A DNA stretch of 64,000 nt from IMG/VR virus record IMGVR_UViG_3300049370_000001, positions 6,440 through 70,439 of that record. One strand, written 5' to 3'. Both the position numbers and the translations under genes were made by a program. Every line of letters starts with the position of its first letter. Within the stretch, counting starts at the first letter, position 1. This document shows positions 18,479-27,535 of this stretch, piece by piece. Origin of the DNA: a virus. Lineage: Duplodnaviria; Caudoviricetes. The notes under the pieces were generated by a model. The model did not search any database and was not told where the DNA came from. It saw only the letters and a program-made list of their open reading frames with translations.

Positions 18479-18813
18479 ATACTCTTAGCGGTGGTGAGTC
18501 CCGCCCCGACTGATTGGAGTAATACACTAATCCCGGTCTTAGCGGGTGAGAAATCTTTCTTTACGGTACGTTTTTCTTTAGCGCGCTGCGTTCGTCTGCG
18601 CCGGTTATGGTTCGCCCTGTGTCGCTTGCAGAGCCGTGTTGCGCCGCGCTTCGCGCCGCATTCTGGACACTGACCTAAGGCTAACCTGATAGCCCGAAGA
18701 TGTGCTTGTTTGTGAGCGAATCGGCGCGCGCATGTCCCGCACATGGCTGTGGCTCGCCCGCGAATAGTCCGTGAGTGGAATTCACCGCAGTCGATGCAGT
18801 GGGTCGGGTTCAA
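18475..18813 (-). CDS. Cys-rich basic Zn-binding protein
   Basis: CIDC, CGTC, CPEC, CKRH motifs and Arg-rich tail. Confidence 0.55.
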   Translation of the reverse strand: MNPTHCIDCGEFHSRTIRGRATAMCGTCARRFAHKQAHLRAIRLALGQCPECGAKRGATRLCKRHRANHNRRRRTQRAKEKRTVKKDFSPAKTGISVLLQSVGAGLTTAKSI

Positions 18814-18954
18814 GCAGTCGTTTGACGCGAGAGGCGATGCCTCTCAATCGAGATAAAGGCAAAACTGTTAAAAGGAAAAGTCGACTTGATGCCGCAACCA
18901 ATCAAGCCGGGGGTCTCAAAGGAGTATACAACAGGGTGTGTGAAAAGATTACAG

Positions 18955-19209
18955 TTAGATTTCTCCTGCTGGTGGCGTGGCATCAGTGGGCGGGAAGTGG
19001 CGTTCAATAATTGCCTCGACCCAGCTTGCCGCCTCGGGTCGGTTGAACTCAGCCGCAATCTCACGCGCCGCGTTTGCTGCCGCATCGGCTCGCTGCTCGC
19101 CCTGGCCTGCGCCAGTGGTCGCGACATTGTTCAGCGTTCGCGCTACTCGCGCAGCATCGTTGAAGCCTTCAGTGTTTCCCGACTTGATTGTTGTTCGATC
19201 AGCTTTCAT
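18955..19209 (-). CDS. Hypothetical protein
   Basis: 84 aa ORF in operon. Confidence 0.45.
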   Translation of the reverse strand: MKADRTTIKSGNTEGFNDAARVARTLNNVATTGAGQGEQRADAAANAAREIAAEFNRPEAASWVEAIIERHFPPTDATPPAGEI

Positions 19210-19507
19210 CGCTACCGCCTTTCACTTCGCGCTCGTCCAATGTACCGCACTCTTGCGAGTATTCAAGGAAGTGCTCAACCTTCCGCTTCTTGGCGATAAT
19301 CATCTCTGGATCTTCCCAAGAAGAACCGAGCAGCATGTCCGCGACCGCAACCAAATCGCATACCTCGTAAGCGATACGACGCCCGTTCGTTAGTTCTTGC
19401 TCAGGTTGAACCTTAAGTATTCCAAAGCGCTTTGCTTTCGTTGCTAGTTGGATAACCTCGGCGCATTCTTCAATCAAAATGACGAGCAGGTGATCAGTTC
19501 GATTCAC
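19199..19507 (-). CDS. MazG-like nucleotide pyrophosphohydrolase
   Basis: LLVILIEECAEVIQ...RFG...EVCDLVAVADML; own SD (AAGGAG) and GTG at 19507. Confidence 0.65.
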   Translation of the reverse strand: MNRTDHLLVILIEECAEVIQLATKAKRFGILKVQPEQELTNGRRIAYEVCDLVAVADMLLGSSWEDPEMIIAKKRKVEHFLEYSQECGTLDEREVKGGSDES

Positions 19508-19750
19508 AGTTTCTCTCCTTCCCCTACCGTGCGGGTGGCGGCGCGGACTTGCTCTTTCTTCGCGCACCGAATGGCCATCAATAATTCCCTGCATGTAGAT
19601 CGAAACTAACATTGGTTTCATAGCTTCCAGCATGAAGAGCGGCATTCCCCAGCTTAGCTGTTGAATGCGTTTCCAGGCGACCGCTACCGCTCCGTCGAAC
19701 TCAGGCGGAATGTCAACGATCTCGACCGCAGCGATCTGCTTCTTAATCAA
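19504..19750 (-). pseudogene. Hypothetical gene with apparent +1 insertion fusing it to the MazG-like gene
   Basis: The +1 frame ends EQVRAATRTVGEGEKL-stop with GTGA coupling; span is 3n+1. Confidence 0.45.
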
Positions 19751-20618
19751 CTTTCATCCCTAACGAATCGGGCTCTTGGCCCAACTCAATCTTGCAAAGA
19801 TTCTTAACAAGGTGAAACGCGGCAGTCGTGCTGGTGATTCGATCCAGATGGCCCAGCAATTCAGCGGCCAATGCTTGACGCTCAACCTTCTCAACTGTTG
19901 TTTCTCCGGTAGCGCGGGGGGTGGCGTCGAGTATTCGTTTAACCCTTACTTTGGCCTTGATGTTATCGAGCAACCAAGTGCCGTCATCGTACTTCTGCAT
20001 TGAGCGATAGACAGCATCAACCAGTTGGTCAACGAGCGGATCGTCTCGCGTTCTGTACGCAGGACAAAATGGCAAGTGCGAATATGCCTGACAGTCATCG
20101 CACCAATCATCCGGGCCGTTGTCTGCTGTAGCGCGGGGAGTGGCACAGCCTAACGCGTCGCAATCTTCGACGTCGCACTCGTCAGGACAAGATTCGCAGC
20201 GTGGCTTTGAAACGCCAGCCAGTATCACGCCGCAATGCCAACACGAATCGTCTGCTGTAGCGCGGGGAAGGTCAGCGCGGGTAGCGTTGCGGAGAATGAT
20301 AGTTGAAATCTCGTTTAGGATCTCCTCCATTGATCCTTCACCCCAACCTACATTTTTGCAGATTTCTTTAGCCGTGCGTAACGCGGCATCAACATCGGCG
20401 TCAGTGCGGACGGAGGCTTGTAACGCCCGCCACGTTTCTATGTGAAGCTGAGCGTTCTCCAGCCACAGCAAGCACCCATCGTGCGGGGATTGTCCGCTTC
20501 CAGCATTACGGCACACCGCACGTCCGTTCAACATTATTTCGAGAGGCTGCTTACACAACGGACACGGCAACAGTTCCCCTCCCTGTGGTTGCGCCTCTGA
20601 TGAATTAGTGGTGGTCAT
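19743..20618 (-). CDS. Mosaic multi-module Cys-rich protein
   Basis: Modules separated by repeated PRATA/G linkers with DNA repeats. Confidence 0.65.
   Translation of the reverse strand: MTTTNSSEAQPQGGELLPCPLCKQPLEIMLNGRAVCRNAGSGQSPHDGCLLWLENAQLHIETWRALQASVRTDADVDAALRTAKEICKNVGWGEGSMEEILNEISTIILRNATRADLPRATADDSCWHCGVILAGVSKPRCESCPDECDVEDCDALGCATPRATADNGPDDWCDDCQAYSHLPFCPAYRTRDDPLVDQLVDAVYRSMQKYDDGTWLLDNIKAKVRVKRILDATPRATGETTVEKVERQALAAELLGHLDRITSTTAAFHLVKNLCKIELGQEPDSLGMKVD
20121..20267. repeat. 18-bp direct repeat GTCTGCTGTAGCGCGGGG
   Basis: Identical at 20121-20138 and 20250-20267; 11-bp core also at 19909-19919. Confidence 0.85.
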
Positions 20619-20798
20619 TGATTGTCCTCTTTCGCTCGGCGCGCCTTGAAGTTGTCCCGCGACTCTTTCCTTGTCTTCGCGGCTTCAAAGCCGCAACCGC
20701 CAGTGCCGGCAGTCTGTAACCCATCCGCCTTCCTTAACGTCGTAGAACTCAGGATCATAGTAAGTCTTTGCGGTTTCCCCGCAATCTCTACATTTCAT
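20615..20798 (-). pseudogene. Small Zn-ribbon gene with apparent +1 insertion
   Basis: MKCRDCG... in frame 0; the +1 frame ends GCGFEAAK...EDNQ with ATGA coupling; span is 3n+1. Confidence 0.45.
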
Positions 20799-20848
20799 AG
20801 CCTTTGAATCTCCTTCAGCGCGGCTAGTTTGTTCAGTAGTCATGGTTT

Positions 20849-21040
20849 CTAAGCTCCTTCAATGTCCGGGTTGTCGAGGTTTTGATCTTTTGCTGGTTGC
20901 GCCGTGACCTTATGCCAAACCGGATCAGCGCCGCCATGATGATCAACGGCATCAATAGCAGCTTGCCGTGATGACGCGAGTACTAAAGTTTCGTATCGCT
21001 CGATTAGCGCGACCACGTACACCCTTCTTTTTCTTCTCAC
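20849..21040 (-). CDS. Hypothetical protein
   Basis: 63 aa ORF in operon. Confidence 0.5.
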   Translation of the reverse strand: MRRKRRVYVVALIERYETLVLASSRQAAIDAVDHHGGADPVWHKVTAQPAKDQNLDNPDIEGA

Positions 21041-21175
21041 TCATTCCTGTGGCTTCCCTTCTCTGATAGCGTTGGTGATTATTGCCCAACAGCTCCCTTC
21101 GCAGCGGTCACTCTCGCGATGCTCTTTGATGATTCGCGCCATCGCAATGCGAGCACGGAATGTAGTCGGCTTTCT

Positions 21176-21667
21176 TCATGCTGCTTTGCGCTCCTGCTTC
21201 TTTGCTAATTCGTAACTCTCCGTATTCAGTAATCCGATCCGAACCGCTTCGTCGTGATGCGTATCCGTCCAATCGTGATGTTTCCGGCAAAGGCAAATTC
21301 CATTGCTCACCGTGAATTTGAGGTCCGGTCGTTGACTACGCTTTGCAATATGATGAACGTCGATCCGTTTCGAGCGGGAACCGCAACCAGGAAACTGACA
21401 GGTGTAGTTGTCGCGCTGTCGGACTTCGCGTCTGAATCTGATCAAGCGCGGACTCTCACGCTTCGGCTTGAAGGTTGTCCGCGCCGTGCCTGGCACGCGC
21501 TTTAATTCACCGCGCTTCATCGGACGCAGAGATCGCTTGATCGGCTTACGCTTCAACTTAGAAGTACCGGGCTTAATACGTATGGTGCTGTTGTGGTAAT
21601 AGCCGATCATGCTGCTTCCATCTCCAGCAGGTAGGGTAGGCACTTCGAGCTTCGACGGAGCACGCAT
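21176..21667 (-). CDS. HNH endonuclease
   Basis: VRQRDNYTCQFPGC...DVHHI...SNGICLCRKHH; start uncertain. Confidence 0.85.
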   Translation of the reverse strand: MRAPSKLEVPTLPAGDGSSMIGYYHNSTIRIKPGTSKLKRKPIKRSLRPMKRGELKRVPGTARTTFKPKRESPRLIRFRREVRQRDNYTCQFPGCGSRSKRIDVHHIAKRSQRPDLKFTVSNGICLCRKHHDWTDTHHDEAVRIGLLNTESYELAKKQERKAA

Positions 21668-22188
21668 TGCGCGGCTTTCAACATGTCGAAGTCTGAGCGC
21701 TGCAAGAAATCATCAAGGTCCGTTGACGCGCCAAGGGGATCTGCAATGACGCGCTCAAACGGGAGGCGTAAAATTCTCGACTGCGAGTAGGAGTCCAGGA
21801 GTGATTCAACGATCGGCAGATCTTCGCGTAGGCTTTCTTCCAAGCGGGACCGATGTTGACGCGTAACCGATAACCCAAGCGCTTTGAGAAACTTTACGTG
21901 AGACTTAGCCTGCTCCCGGAAATCGCGCGTTAGCAATATGAAAGCGTAGGGACGATCGTCGGGCAGTCGCAGACGGTGCGGATCGAGGATTTTAACTGCC
22001 TTGCCTTCGGAATTATCCAGCCATTCGGTCTTATTCGGTAGATAAAGCGTGGCGTGGTATTCGTAGCCATAACCGAGCGACGGCGGATCGCAAAAAGGCT
22101 CAATGCCGCCCTGGTGCAACATCTTCATCAACAGACTCGTGCCGCATCGGGCAAGACCACACACGACGATCAATTCCTTGGTGTCCAT
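21607..22188 (-). CDS. Sulfotransferase-family protein
   Basis: IVVCGLARCGTSLLMKML (PAPS-binding loop-like), ILLTRD, LPFERVIADP; likely start ATG 22188. Confidence 0.72.
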   Translation of the reverse strand: MDTKELIVVCGLARCGTSLLMKMLHQGGIEPFCDPPSLGYGYEYHATLYLPNKTEWLDNSEGKAVKILDPHRLRLPDDRPYAFILLTRDFREQAKSHVKFLKALGLSVTRQHRSRLEESLREDLPIVESLLDSYSQSRILRLPFERVIADPLGASTDLDDFLQRSDFDMLKAAQCVLRRSSKCLPYLLEMEAA

Positions 22189-22265
22189 ATCCCTATCTCT
22201 TTCTCCCTGTTTACCCGCTCCATAACCTCGGCTTCGTAATATCCTGTCTCCGTCATAGCGACTGA

Positions 22266-22937
22266 TTAATTCTCGCCCCGATATTCGGCTCGCAACGGGC
22301 ATCGTCTCTTGGTGCAGTCGCCCACGTCTTCCCAAACCATCGGCCCACACTTCTCGCACCAGTCGTAACCGCCATCGGAAGACGAAGCTAGATAGTCGCG
22401 CCCGTTTGGCACGTCAAGTCTAAGATCGGCAGGGTCGAGAAACTGATCAAAGAGACAAATGACCGCTGATGCCTGCTTGGGGGTGAGTGCCTTACCGTCA
22501 AAATTAACGCCTTCCGACTCACGCCCTCTCATTACTTCATACAGGTGCTCCATGCGCTCCCGGTAATAGTCTGCCGTCCACCGCTCCGGCGGCACGTCAA
22601 GCATCGTCAGTGCGTGCCAGAACGTCTTGGCATGATCCGGCGTAAGCGCTTCCCCGTCGGTGACGGGAGTCTTAGACCACTCTCCAAATGAGCGGTACAG
22701 GCTGCGCACCCAGTCGTTATGGCGTGAAGCCTTGTCGCAGTACGTTTTGTCGGAGATGGTTTTTGTTGGCTTGGTGCTTTTCCAGTGCGGCGGATTATCG
22801 AGATACTGTTCGGTTTCAAGTCCGAACGCGAACTCAATCTCTTGCACACGCGCAGCGATGTTCTGGATAGTTCCCTTCGGCGCCATGAGCGTCTCGTTAA
22901 GCCCTACAGAAAAATCAAAGAAAACAGAAAAGCTCAC
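22266..22937 (-). CDS. Hypothetical protein with C-terminal Zn-binding motif
   Basis: WCEKC...C..RRC; GTGA-coupled start at 22937. Confidence 0.65.
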   Translation of the reverse strand: MSFSVFFDFSVGLNETLMAPKGTIQNIAARVQEIEFAFGLETEQYLDNPPHWKSTKPTKTISDKTYCDKASRHNDWVRSLYRSFGEWSKTPVTDGEALTPDHAKTFWHALTMLDVPPERWTADYYRERMEHLYEVMRGRESEGVNFDGKALTPKQASAVICLFDQFLDPADLRLDVPNGRDYLASSSDGGYDWCEKCGPMVWEDVGDCTKRRCPLRAEYRGEN

Positions 22938-23170
22938 GACACAACCTCCAGTTCTGCTTCTAACTCTTCTCTGCGTTCTATCTCTGCGCACTCTTGATCA
23001 ACGATCCATACGATGGCCGTGGTGTGCAGGTAGTCCGCCAGATCGTCAGCCCTCTTGTCGCACCCATCGTTGCTGAGAAGTTGATCTTTGTAGAGTGCGG
23101 AGTCTCGAACAATGGACCAGGCTGCGTCACGTAGCACGTCTTTAAGATCTTTGATTTGGTCTTTAGTCAT
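22934..23170 (-). CDS. Hypothetical protein
   Basis: 78 aa acidic helical ORF in operon. Confidence 0.55.
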   Translation of the reverse strand: MTKDQIKDLKDVLRDAAWSIVRDSALYKDQLLSNDGCDKRADDLADYLHTTAIVWIVDQECAEIERREELEAELEVVS

Positions 23171-23384
23171 TTTCGCTTCTCCGTCCAGTTGTTCTTTGTA
23201 ACCAAATCAGTTCGCAGCTCGTCGCGTCCAACTCTTCAGGATCAACGTCCGCGTCGTCATCGCAATCAACCTCGCCACTCGTTAGATCGTGACGCACAAA
23301 GCCCAGCTCCAGCGCGGCGTCAGATATGTGCTTAATGATTCCTTGCGCGATCTCTCTTGGAGACTTCTCTGTTTCTGTCGTCAT
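23163..23384 (-). CDS. Hypothetical protein
   Basis: 73 aa ORF in operon. Confidence 0.45.
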   Translation of the reverse strand: MTTETEKSPREIAQGIIKHISDAALELGFVRHDLTSGEVDCDDDADVDPEELDATSCELIWLQRTTGRRSEND

Positions 23385-23512
23385 CTGGTGTTACTTGGCG
23401 AGAAGCTCGGACCACGTTGCAGTTGCCCACTACATGAATATCGGCGATAAAGTGTCCGCGATTCCCGCCGAATAACACGTTGGCTCCAATGTATGATTTG
23501 CTCATTTCTCTT

Positions 23513-23695
23513 CTACTCAGCCTTTAATGCCCTGCTACCACCATCTGGTAAGGTTCCGCCGTTAGCCCGGACTTCTGCGTTTGTGGCATCAATAGCGGCG
23601 TCGATTGTGGCTATTAACTCCTCAGGCGTGAGCTGGTGCAGCAGGCAATCACAATCTCTCTTTGAGGCGCATCTCGGTGAGCGGTCGACCGTCAT
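23513..23695 (-). CDS. Hypothetical protein
   Basis: 60 aa ORF in operon. Confidence 0.4.
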   Translation of the reverse strand: MTVDRSPRCASKRDCDCLLHQLTPEELIATIDAAIDATNAEVRANGGTLPDGGSRALKAE

Positions 23696-23738
23696 TCAGA
23701 TCCGCACGGTCTAATTCATAGACCATCAGACGCCTGAC

Positions 23739-23999
23739 TTATCTACCAAGGCCAGCGCACGCGTCCATTCTCTGAAGCGCGGCGTACAAGCGGGCGTCGT
23801 AAACGCGAGCGTCTTTCATGCCCTTTTGGAGCATTGCTAACCCATCGTTCGCATGGTCCAAATCCTTCTTTATGTCGCGCGATAGCTCACTCACGTTGTT
23901 CTCAGCCGTAAGCTGTTCAATCCCCGCATCGGCGGCCCACTCCAGCGATTTCGCCTCGGCGGGAGTCAGGACCACGATTACCGTGGCGACGCGTTTCAA
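23739..23999 (-). CDS. Hypothetical protein (possible true start ATG 24102, one frame off)
   Basis: The frame stays open 34 codons upstream of TTG 23999; an SD-linked ATG lies at 24102. Confidence 0.5.
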   Translation of the reverse strand: MKRVATVIVVLTPAEAKSLEWAADAGIEQLTAENNVSELSRDIKKDLDHANDGLAMLQKGMKDARVYDARLYAALQRMDACAGLGR

Positions 24000-24114
24000 G
24001 CCCTGCCCTGTCTCTCGATCTACAACCGAATCACCTAAGTTCTTGGCTTCTCTGTGTTGTGCCTCTTTGTAATCAAGCGAGATAGAGTTCAGACCTCGTC
24101 ATTGCTGAACCTCT

Positions 24115-24369
24115 TTAGTGCGGTGTGCAAAACGGGCAAAATATGGAGGCGCAGGTCGCTTCGTATTGTCGCTGCTCCTCAATGCAAGACATTGCGGATT
24201 TCTCTCCGCTGCTAGTGCACCGGATGTATATCTGAGTGCTTTCCTCGTGGCACTGCCAAATACAGCCCTCGCAAAAGCCAAAGGCACATACAGAGGGGGA
24301 CTGGCTAAGGGTCACAATCGAACCCAACATGACCAGAACCACTATCGACCGATAAACAAGACGTCTCAT
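24115..24369 (-). CDS. Secreted 8-Cys mini-protein
   Basis: SD AAAGGA; signal peptide; mature part CX2CX3CX10CX10CX10CX4CX2C. Confidence 0.62.
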   Translation of the reverse strand: MRRLVYRSIVVLVMLGSIVTLSQSPSVCAFGFCEGCIWQCHEESTQIYIRCTSSGEKSAMSCIEEQRQYEATCASIFCPFCTPH

Positions 24370-24465
24370 TTTGTTTGTCCTTTCATTGTGAAGTTACTTA
24401 ATGTTGCCCGCGTTAGTAATCACGAGTTCGCGGCCATCCCCCACTTGCACATCCGATTTTCTCCC

Positions 24466-24675
24466 CTACTCCGTCAGCAGTGCAGCTATTTGCTCCACCA
24501 GTGGCAGCGCCTCTTTTTTGTCTGCTTCCGCAAAACGATGCGCGTAGTGAACGATCAACCAGCGGGCACGGCTTAGCAGAACTAAAGCACAGTCGTGCTT
24601 CTGTATTCGTCCCGCAGTCAAGCCGCACCTATTACAAGTTTCTGAATTCGGAACAACGCTGCTTACTGTGGTCAT
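24466..24675 (-). CDS. Hypothetical protein
   Basis: CNRCG...HDC motif; ATGA coupling. Confidence 0.5.
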   Translation of the reverse strand: MTTVSSVVPNSETCNRCGLTAGRIQKHDCALVLLSRARWLIVHYAHRFAEADKKEALPLVEQIAALLTE

Positions 24676-24890
24676 TTCTTTTTCCCTTTTGGCAGTTCCA
24701 GAAACTCAGTCAGCCACAGGCGCGGGCGCTGCTCTAACGGGTCATATCCAATTAGCTGCTTTACGTTGTGGGCTATTTGCAGCGCGGCGGTGGATAGCTC
24801 CTGCACCATTGCTAGTAGATGAAACAGCGCTTGCTGCGCATCCTTCTGATTGCCACTCTGAATTGCGTTGTAGGTTTCTCGTGCGTTCAT
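24672..24890 (-). CDS. Hypothetical protein
   Basis: 72 aa helical ORF. Confidence 0.55.
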   Translation of the reverse strand: MNARETYNAIQSGNQKDAQQALFHLLAMVQELSTAALQIAHNVKQLIGYDPLEQRPRLWLTEFLELPKGKKK

Positions 24891-25053
24891 TTCTCAGCTG
24901 TCTCCTTAATCTACAGTCTTACTTTTAAGGCTTTCGTTTCAGCAGTCGTAAAAACCACTCTCGAGAACTCCTTAATCCCGGAAGTCAATAACAAGAGAGT
25001 GATCAGAATGATCGCTAACCGGATTAACTCGTTTGTGAACTTAGTCATTGCGG

Positions 25054-25356
25054 CTAATCCCTTTGGTTGGCCAACGCCTTCGCGGCTATCGTCGCCCGTA
25101 GTCGTGCAAGCTTTCGCATGGTCCAACACTTGTTACACGTGACCATGTTGCGCGGCCTGCTGGGGCCATCACAGGCCCAAAAGCTACATGGCGTGTCCGC
25201 CAACTCCGTCAATACTTCATCCACTTCGCTGATAATTTGCGACACCGTCATATCCATTCGCGGTCTCATCGTTGGAATATCACTACCCATCGGCAGCGGG
25301 AACCCTATGCCGTTTCTGTGCGGTCCGGTTGGAAATGAAATCGTTTGTGTCGCCAT
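25054..25356 (-). CDS. Hypothetical protein
   Basis: SD GGGAG; CSFWAC...CNKC. Confidence 0.55.
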   Translation of the reverse strand: MATQTISFPTGPHRNGIGFPLPMGSDIPTMRPRMDMTVSQIISEVDEVLTELADTPCSFWACDGPSRPRNMVTCNKCWTMRKLARLRATIAAKALANQRD

Positions 25357-25414
25357 CCCTCAACTCCCTTACGCTGCTCTTTTATTTGCGCTCTCAAGTG
25401 AGCGTTAATCGATA

Positions 25415-25600
25415 TCAGCCGATACGCGGAAACGCCTCTTCGGTGTCCCACGCGACCTTGTAGGAAGCCTCGGCTTGCAGTAATACCCGCAGCCACTTCC
25501 AGGAGGCATTTGCGTGGTAAGCATTGGCTGCGCGTGAAGCAAAACTGCCGCGCAGTGCTCGGTGATGTCTGTACATACGAAGAATGGATTCTCTGTTCAT
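25415..25600 (-). CDS. Hypothetical protein
   Basis: SD AAGGAG; 61 aa. Confidence 0.45.
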   Translation of the reverse strand: MNRESILRMYRHHRALRGSFASRAANAYHANASWKWLRVLLQAEASYKVAWDTEEAFPRIG

Positions 25601-25612
25601 GGTCGTTCTCCT

Positions 25613-25924
25613 TTACGCAGCTATTCCTAACCTGCTCTTTGTGCTCTCAACCTCAGACAGTGACATCAAGAGCTCATGTTCAAGTGGAAACTCAGAAGCT
25701 GTTAGCGGCTCATGGCATTGAGTACAACGCCCTGCCTGGAGATCGGCTTCAGTAAGTGACGCTCCGCAACCGCTGAGGCTGTCGCCGCAGTAGGATCTTC
25801 GTGGATCGATGGTTTGGTTTCGCATTGGCTTTCTCTCTATGCTCTTCTGGAGTAGCTGTTTCATTGCTTGCCCCGAATCAGAATTCGATTGCCCTCTCCG
25901 AATGGATTGTGGCAGCACGAGCAA
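25613..25924 (-). CDS. Hypothetical Zn-ribbon protein
   Basis: C....GCG...CTQC; real start probably internal. Confidence 0.45.
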   Translation of the reverse strand: MLVLPQSIRRGQSNSDSGQAMKQLLQKSIERKPMRNQTIDPRRSYCGDSLSGCGASLTEADLQAGRCTQCHEPLTASEFPLEHELLMSLSEVESTKSRLGIAA

Positions 25925-26118
25925 ACCGCAACGCCGGTCTTGAGTTCAATGCGGAGCGCTTCAACGGTGCGCTCGTAGGTATCAATCCGGTTGTGCGCCA
26001 CATCGATCACGCCGTATTTATAAATGCCCGACTCAATGCCGCGCCGTTCGTCGTCGGCCAGTTTTTGCCACGCCGCGATCGCGCCTTCGATCTCTTGCTG
26101 TTGCGCCGGCGAAAGCAT
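25861..26118 (-). CDS. Hypothetical protein
   Basis: 85 aa with CSCC motif. Confidence 0.5.
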   Translation of the reverse strand: MLSPAQQQEIEGAIAAWQKLADDERRGIESGIYKYGVIDVAHNRIDTYERTVEALRIELKTGVAVCSCCHNPFGEGNRILIRGKQ

Positions 26119-26125
26119 CGGTTAC

Positions 26126-26302
26126 TCCGTAGGCAGCACGAACGCTGCCATTTCAAACACACGCTCGGGAATCGTGTAATCACGCGTGTTCTCATAAAGA
26201 TCGAATTGGGCGGCAGCGGCCTCCGCGAGCTCGGTTGCGGTTCCGAAATCCGCCACGTTGCGGAACATCCAGTTTTGAACTCCTGAGAATCTGTTTGCCA
26301 TT
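26126..26302 (-). CDS. Small hypothetical protein (58 aa)
   Basis: Manual translation MANRFSGVQNWMFRNVADFG...; purine-rich SD upstream. Confidence 0.45.
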
Positions 26303-26316
26303 GCGTCTCTCTCCCC

Positions 26317-26676
26317 TCAGTACGCGTGCTTGCTGCCGTGGAACACAAACTCAAAGGTCTTCGAGTTCGTCATCTGCTCGACGTCAATCTCCATGCCTTG
26401 CGCCAACGTCAACCCGTTAGTCTTCGCGATCTGCCGGATCTCCCTCTGCTCCTGATCGGTGAACTCAGCGTCAAACGTAACGCCGAATACCTGGATATAC
26501 TGATCGCCACACGCTTCCCGCATCTGTACCCGCGCCTTGATTCCGGCAACCTTGATCCGCTTGCGGATATGGGCGGCCATCTCCTTGTGGGTTAACGGCG
26601 CGACCGGCTTTGCCAACTGAGCGGCGACCACGTCTGAATAGCTGATGATCTGTGTCTGCATCTTCTTCTCCCTCAT
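26317..26676 (-). CDS. Hypothetical protein
   Basis: 119 aa, natural composition. Confidence 0.6.
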   Translation of the reverse strand: MREKKMQTQIISYSDVVAAQLAKPVAPLTHKEMAAHIRKRIKVAGIKARVQMREACGDQYIQVFGVTFDAEFTDQEQREIRQIAKTNGLTLAQGMEIDVEQMTNSKTFEFVFHGSKHAY

Positions 26677-26701
26677 TTGCCGATAACCCCAAGTAGCCGT
26701 T

Positions 26702-27130
26702 TCAAGCAGCCTTGCCTCTTAGTCGCTTCCAGGATTCCTGGTACTCGTGAAACTTAGCCTCGAGATCGATCGGCGTAATCTTCTCCATCGATCGCGCGCG
26801 CCGCTCGAGCTCATCAAGAGCTGGCTGGCCGAACTTCAGCACGAAATCGGTGCGATAAATATCCGGTCTTGATTCGTGCAGTTGGTTATGCATCGGGCAT
26901 TGGGCATGGCAGCATCCTTCTGCGTGAATGTCCCAACGTGTATGTCTGTGCCGGCGCTCAAGCAGATGGCCATTTTGCAAATCTTTTCTCACGCCACAGC
27001 CGATGATGAAGCAGACCTTTTCATTGAACAGGACGATCTTTGACGTTAGTTCGTCTAGGTGTTGCTCTAACCAGCGCGTGGAGTATTCGCGCGGCGCTTT
27101 CGTGCTCCACCTGTTGACTGCTCTCAACAT
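26702..27130 (-). CDS. NinG/Rap-like recombination endonuclease
   Basis: C...C...LQNGH...TRWD...HAQC..HN...Y...FG...L.ELE pattern. Confidence 0.7.
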   Translation of the reverse strand: MLRAVNRWSTKAPREYSTRWLEQHLDELTSKIVLFNEKVCFIIGCGVRKDLQNGHLLERRHRHTRWDIHAEGCCHAQCPMHNQLHESRPDIYRTDFVLKFGQPALDELERRARSMEKITPIDLEAKFHEYQESWKRLRGKAA

Positions 27131-27445
27131 TTACGCTGCCCTCTGCTCCTTTTCTGCACTTCTGAGGAAACGCCAGTAAGCTGCTACAACGTGACAGCAG
27201 ACACGTCCTCTTTCATTTGCCGGACAAACCTCTGCGGTATGGAAATCCGAGCACAGCACAAAGACTCTCTTGCCATGAAGCCCAAACTGAACCAGCCTCT
27301 TCGCTTTGCCGTGATGCTTGGCGAAGCCATAAGTCATTGGCACAACCCTGTATTCGCCATGCCCGATCTTTACCGCCGAGCAATGCTTTGCTCGCGTCAG
27401 GACGTGATTGCTTAAATCTCCGAGTATGGATTTCAGGTAGATCAT
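27131..27445 (-). CDS. SWIM-like Zn-finger protein, first gene of leftward early operon
   Basis: C-x-x-x...CPA...VCCHVVAA. Confidence 0.6.
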   Translation of the reverse strand: MIYLKSILGDLSNHVLTRAKHCSAVKIGHGEYRVVPMTYGFAKHHGKAKRLVQFGLHGKRVFVLCSDFHTAEVCPANERGRVCCHVVAAYWRFLRSAEKEQRAA

Positions 27446-27470
27446 TGCCAGGCTCTCTTAAAGCGTTCTT

Positions 27471-27500
27471 ATTATCCTTTAAGAACCTTTAAGGTGTCAA
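27471..27500 (-). promoter_or_regulatory. Leftward early promoter (PL-like) with 17-bp operator
   Basis: TTGACA (27500-27495), 18 nt, GATAAT; spacer contains TTTAAGAACCTTTAAGG (27478-27494, + strand). Confidence 0.8.
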
Positions 27501-27535
27501 GCACAATTATGTGTTGTTTTCAGGTGTGCGGATTT

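Noticed and set aside
15684-18947. 12-mer GTGTGTGAAAAG at 15684 and 18936 as a regulatory site
   Set aside because: One shared 12-mer among several kb of intergenic DNA is near chance expectation, and its spacing to -10-like boxes differs.
20849-21044. +1 insertion linking ATG 21044 to ORF 20849-21040
   Set aside because: GTG 21040 directly follows the upstream stop and is an adequate start.
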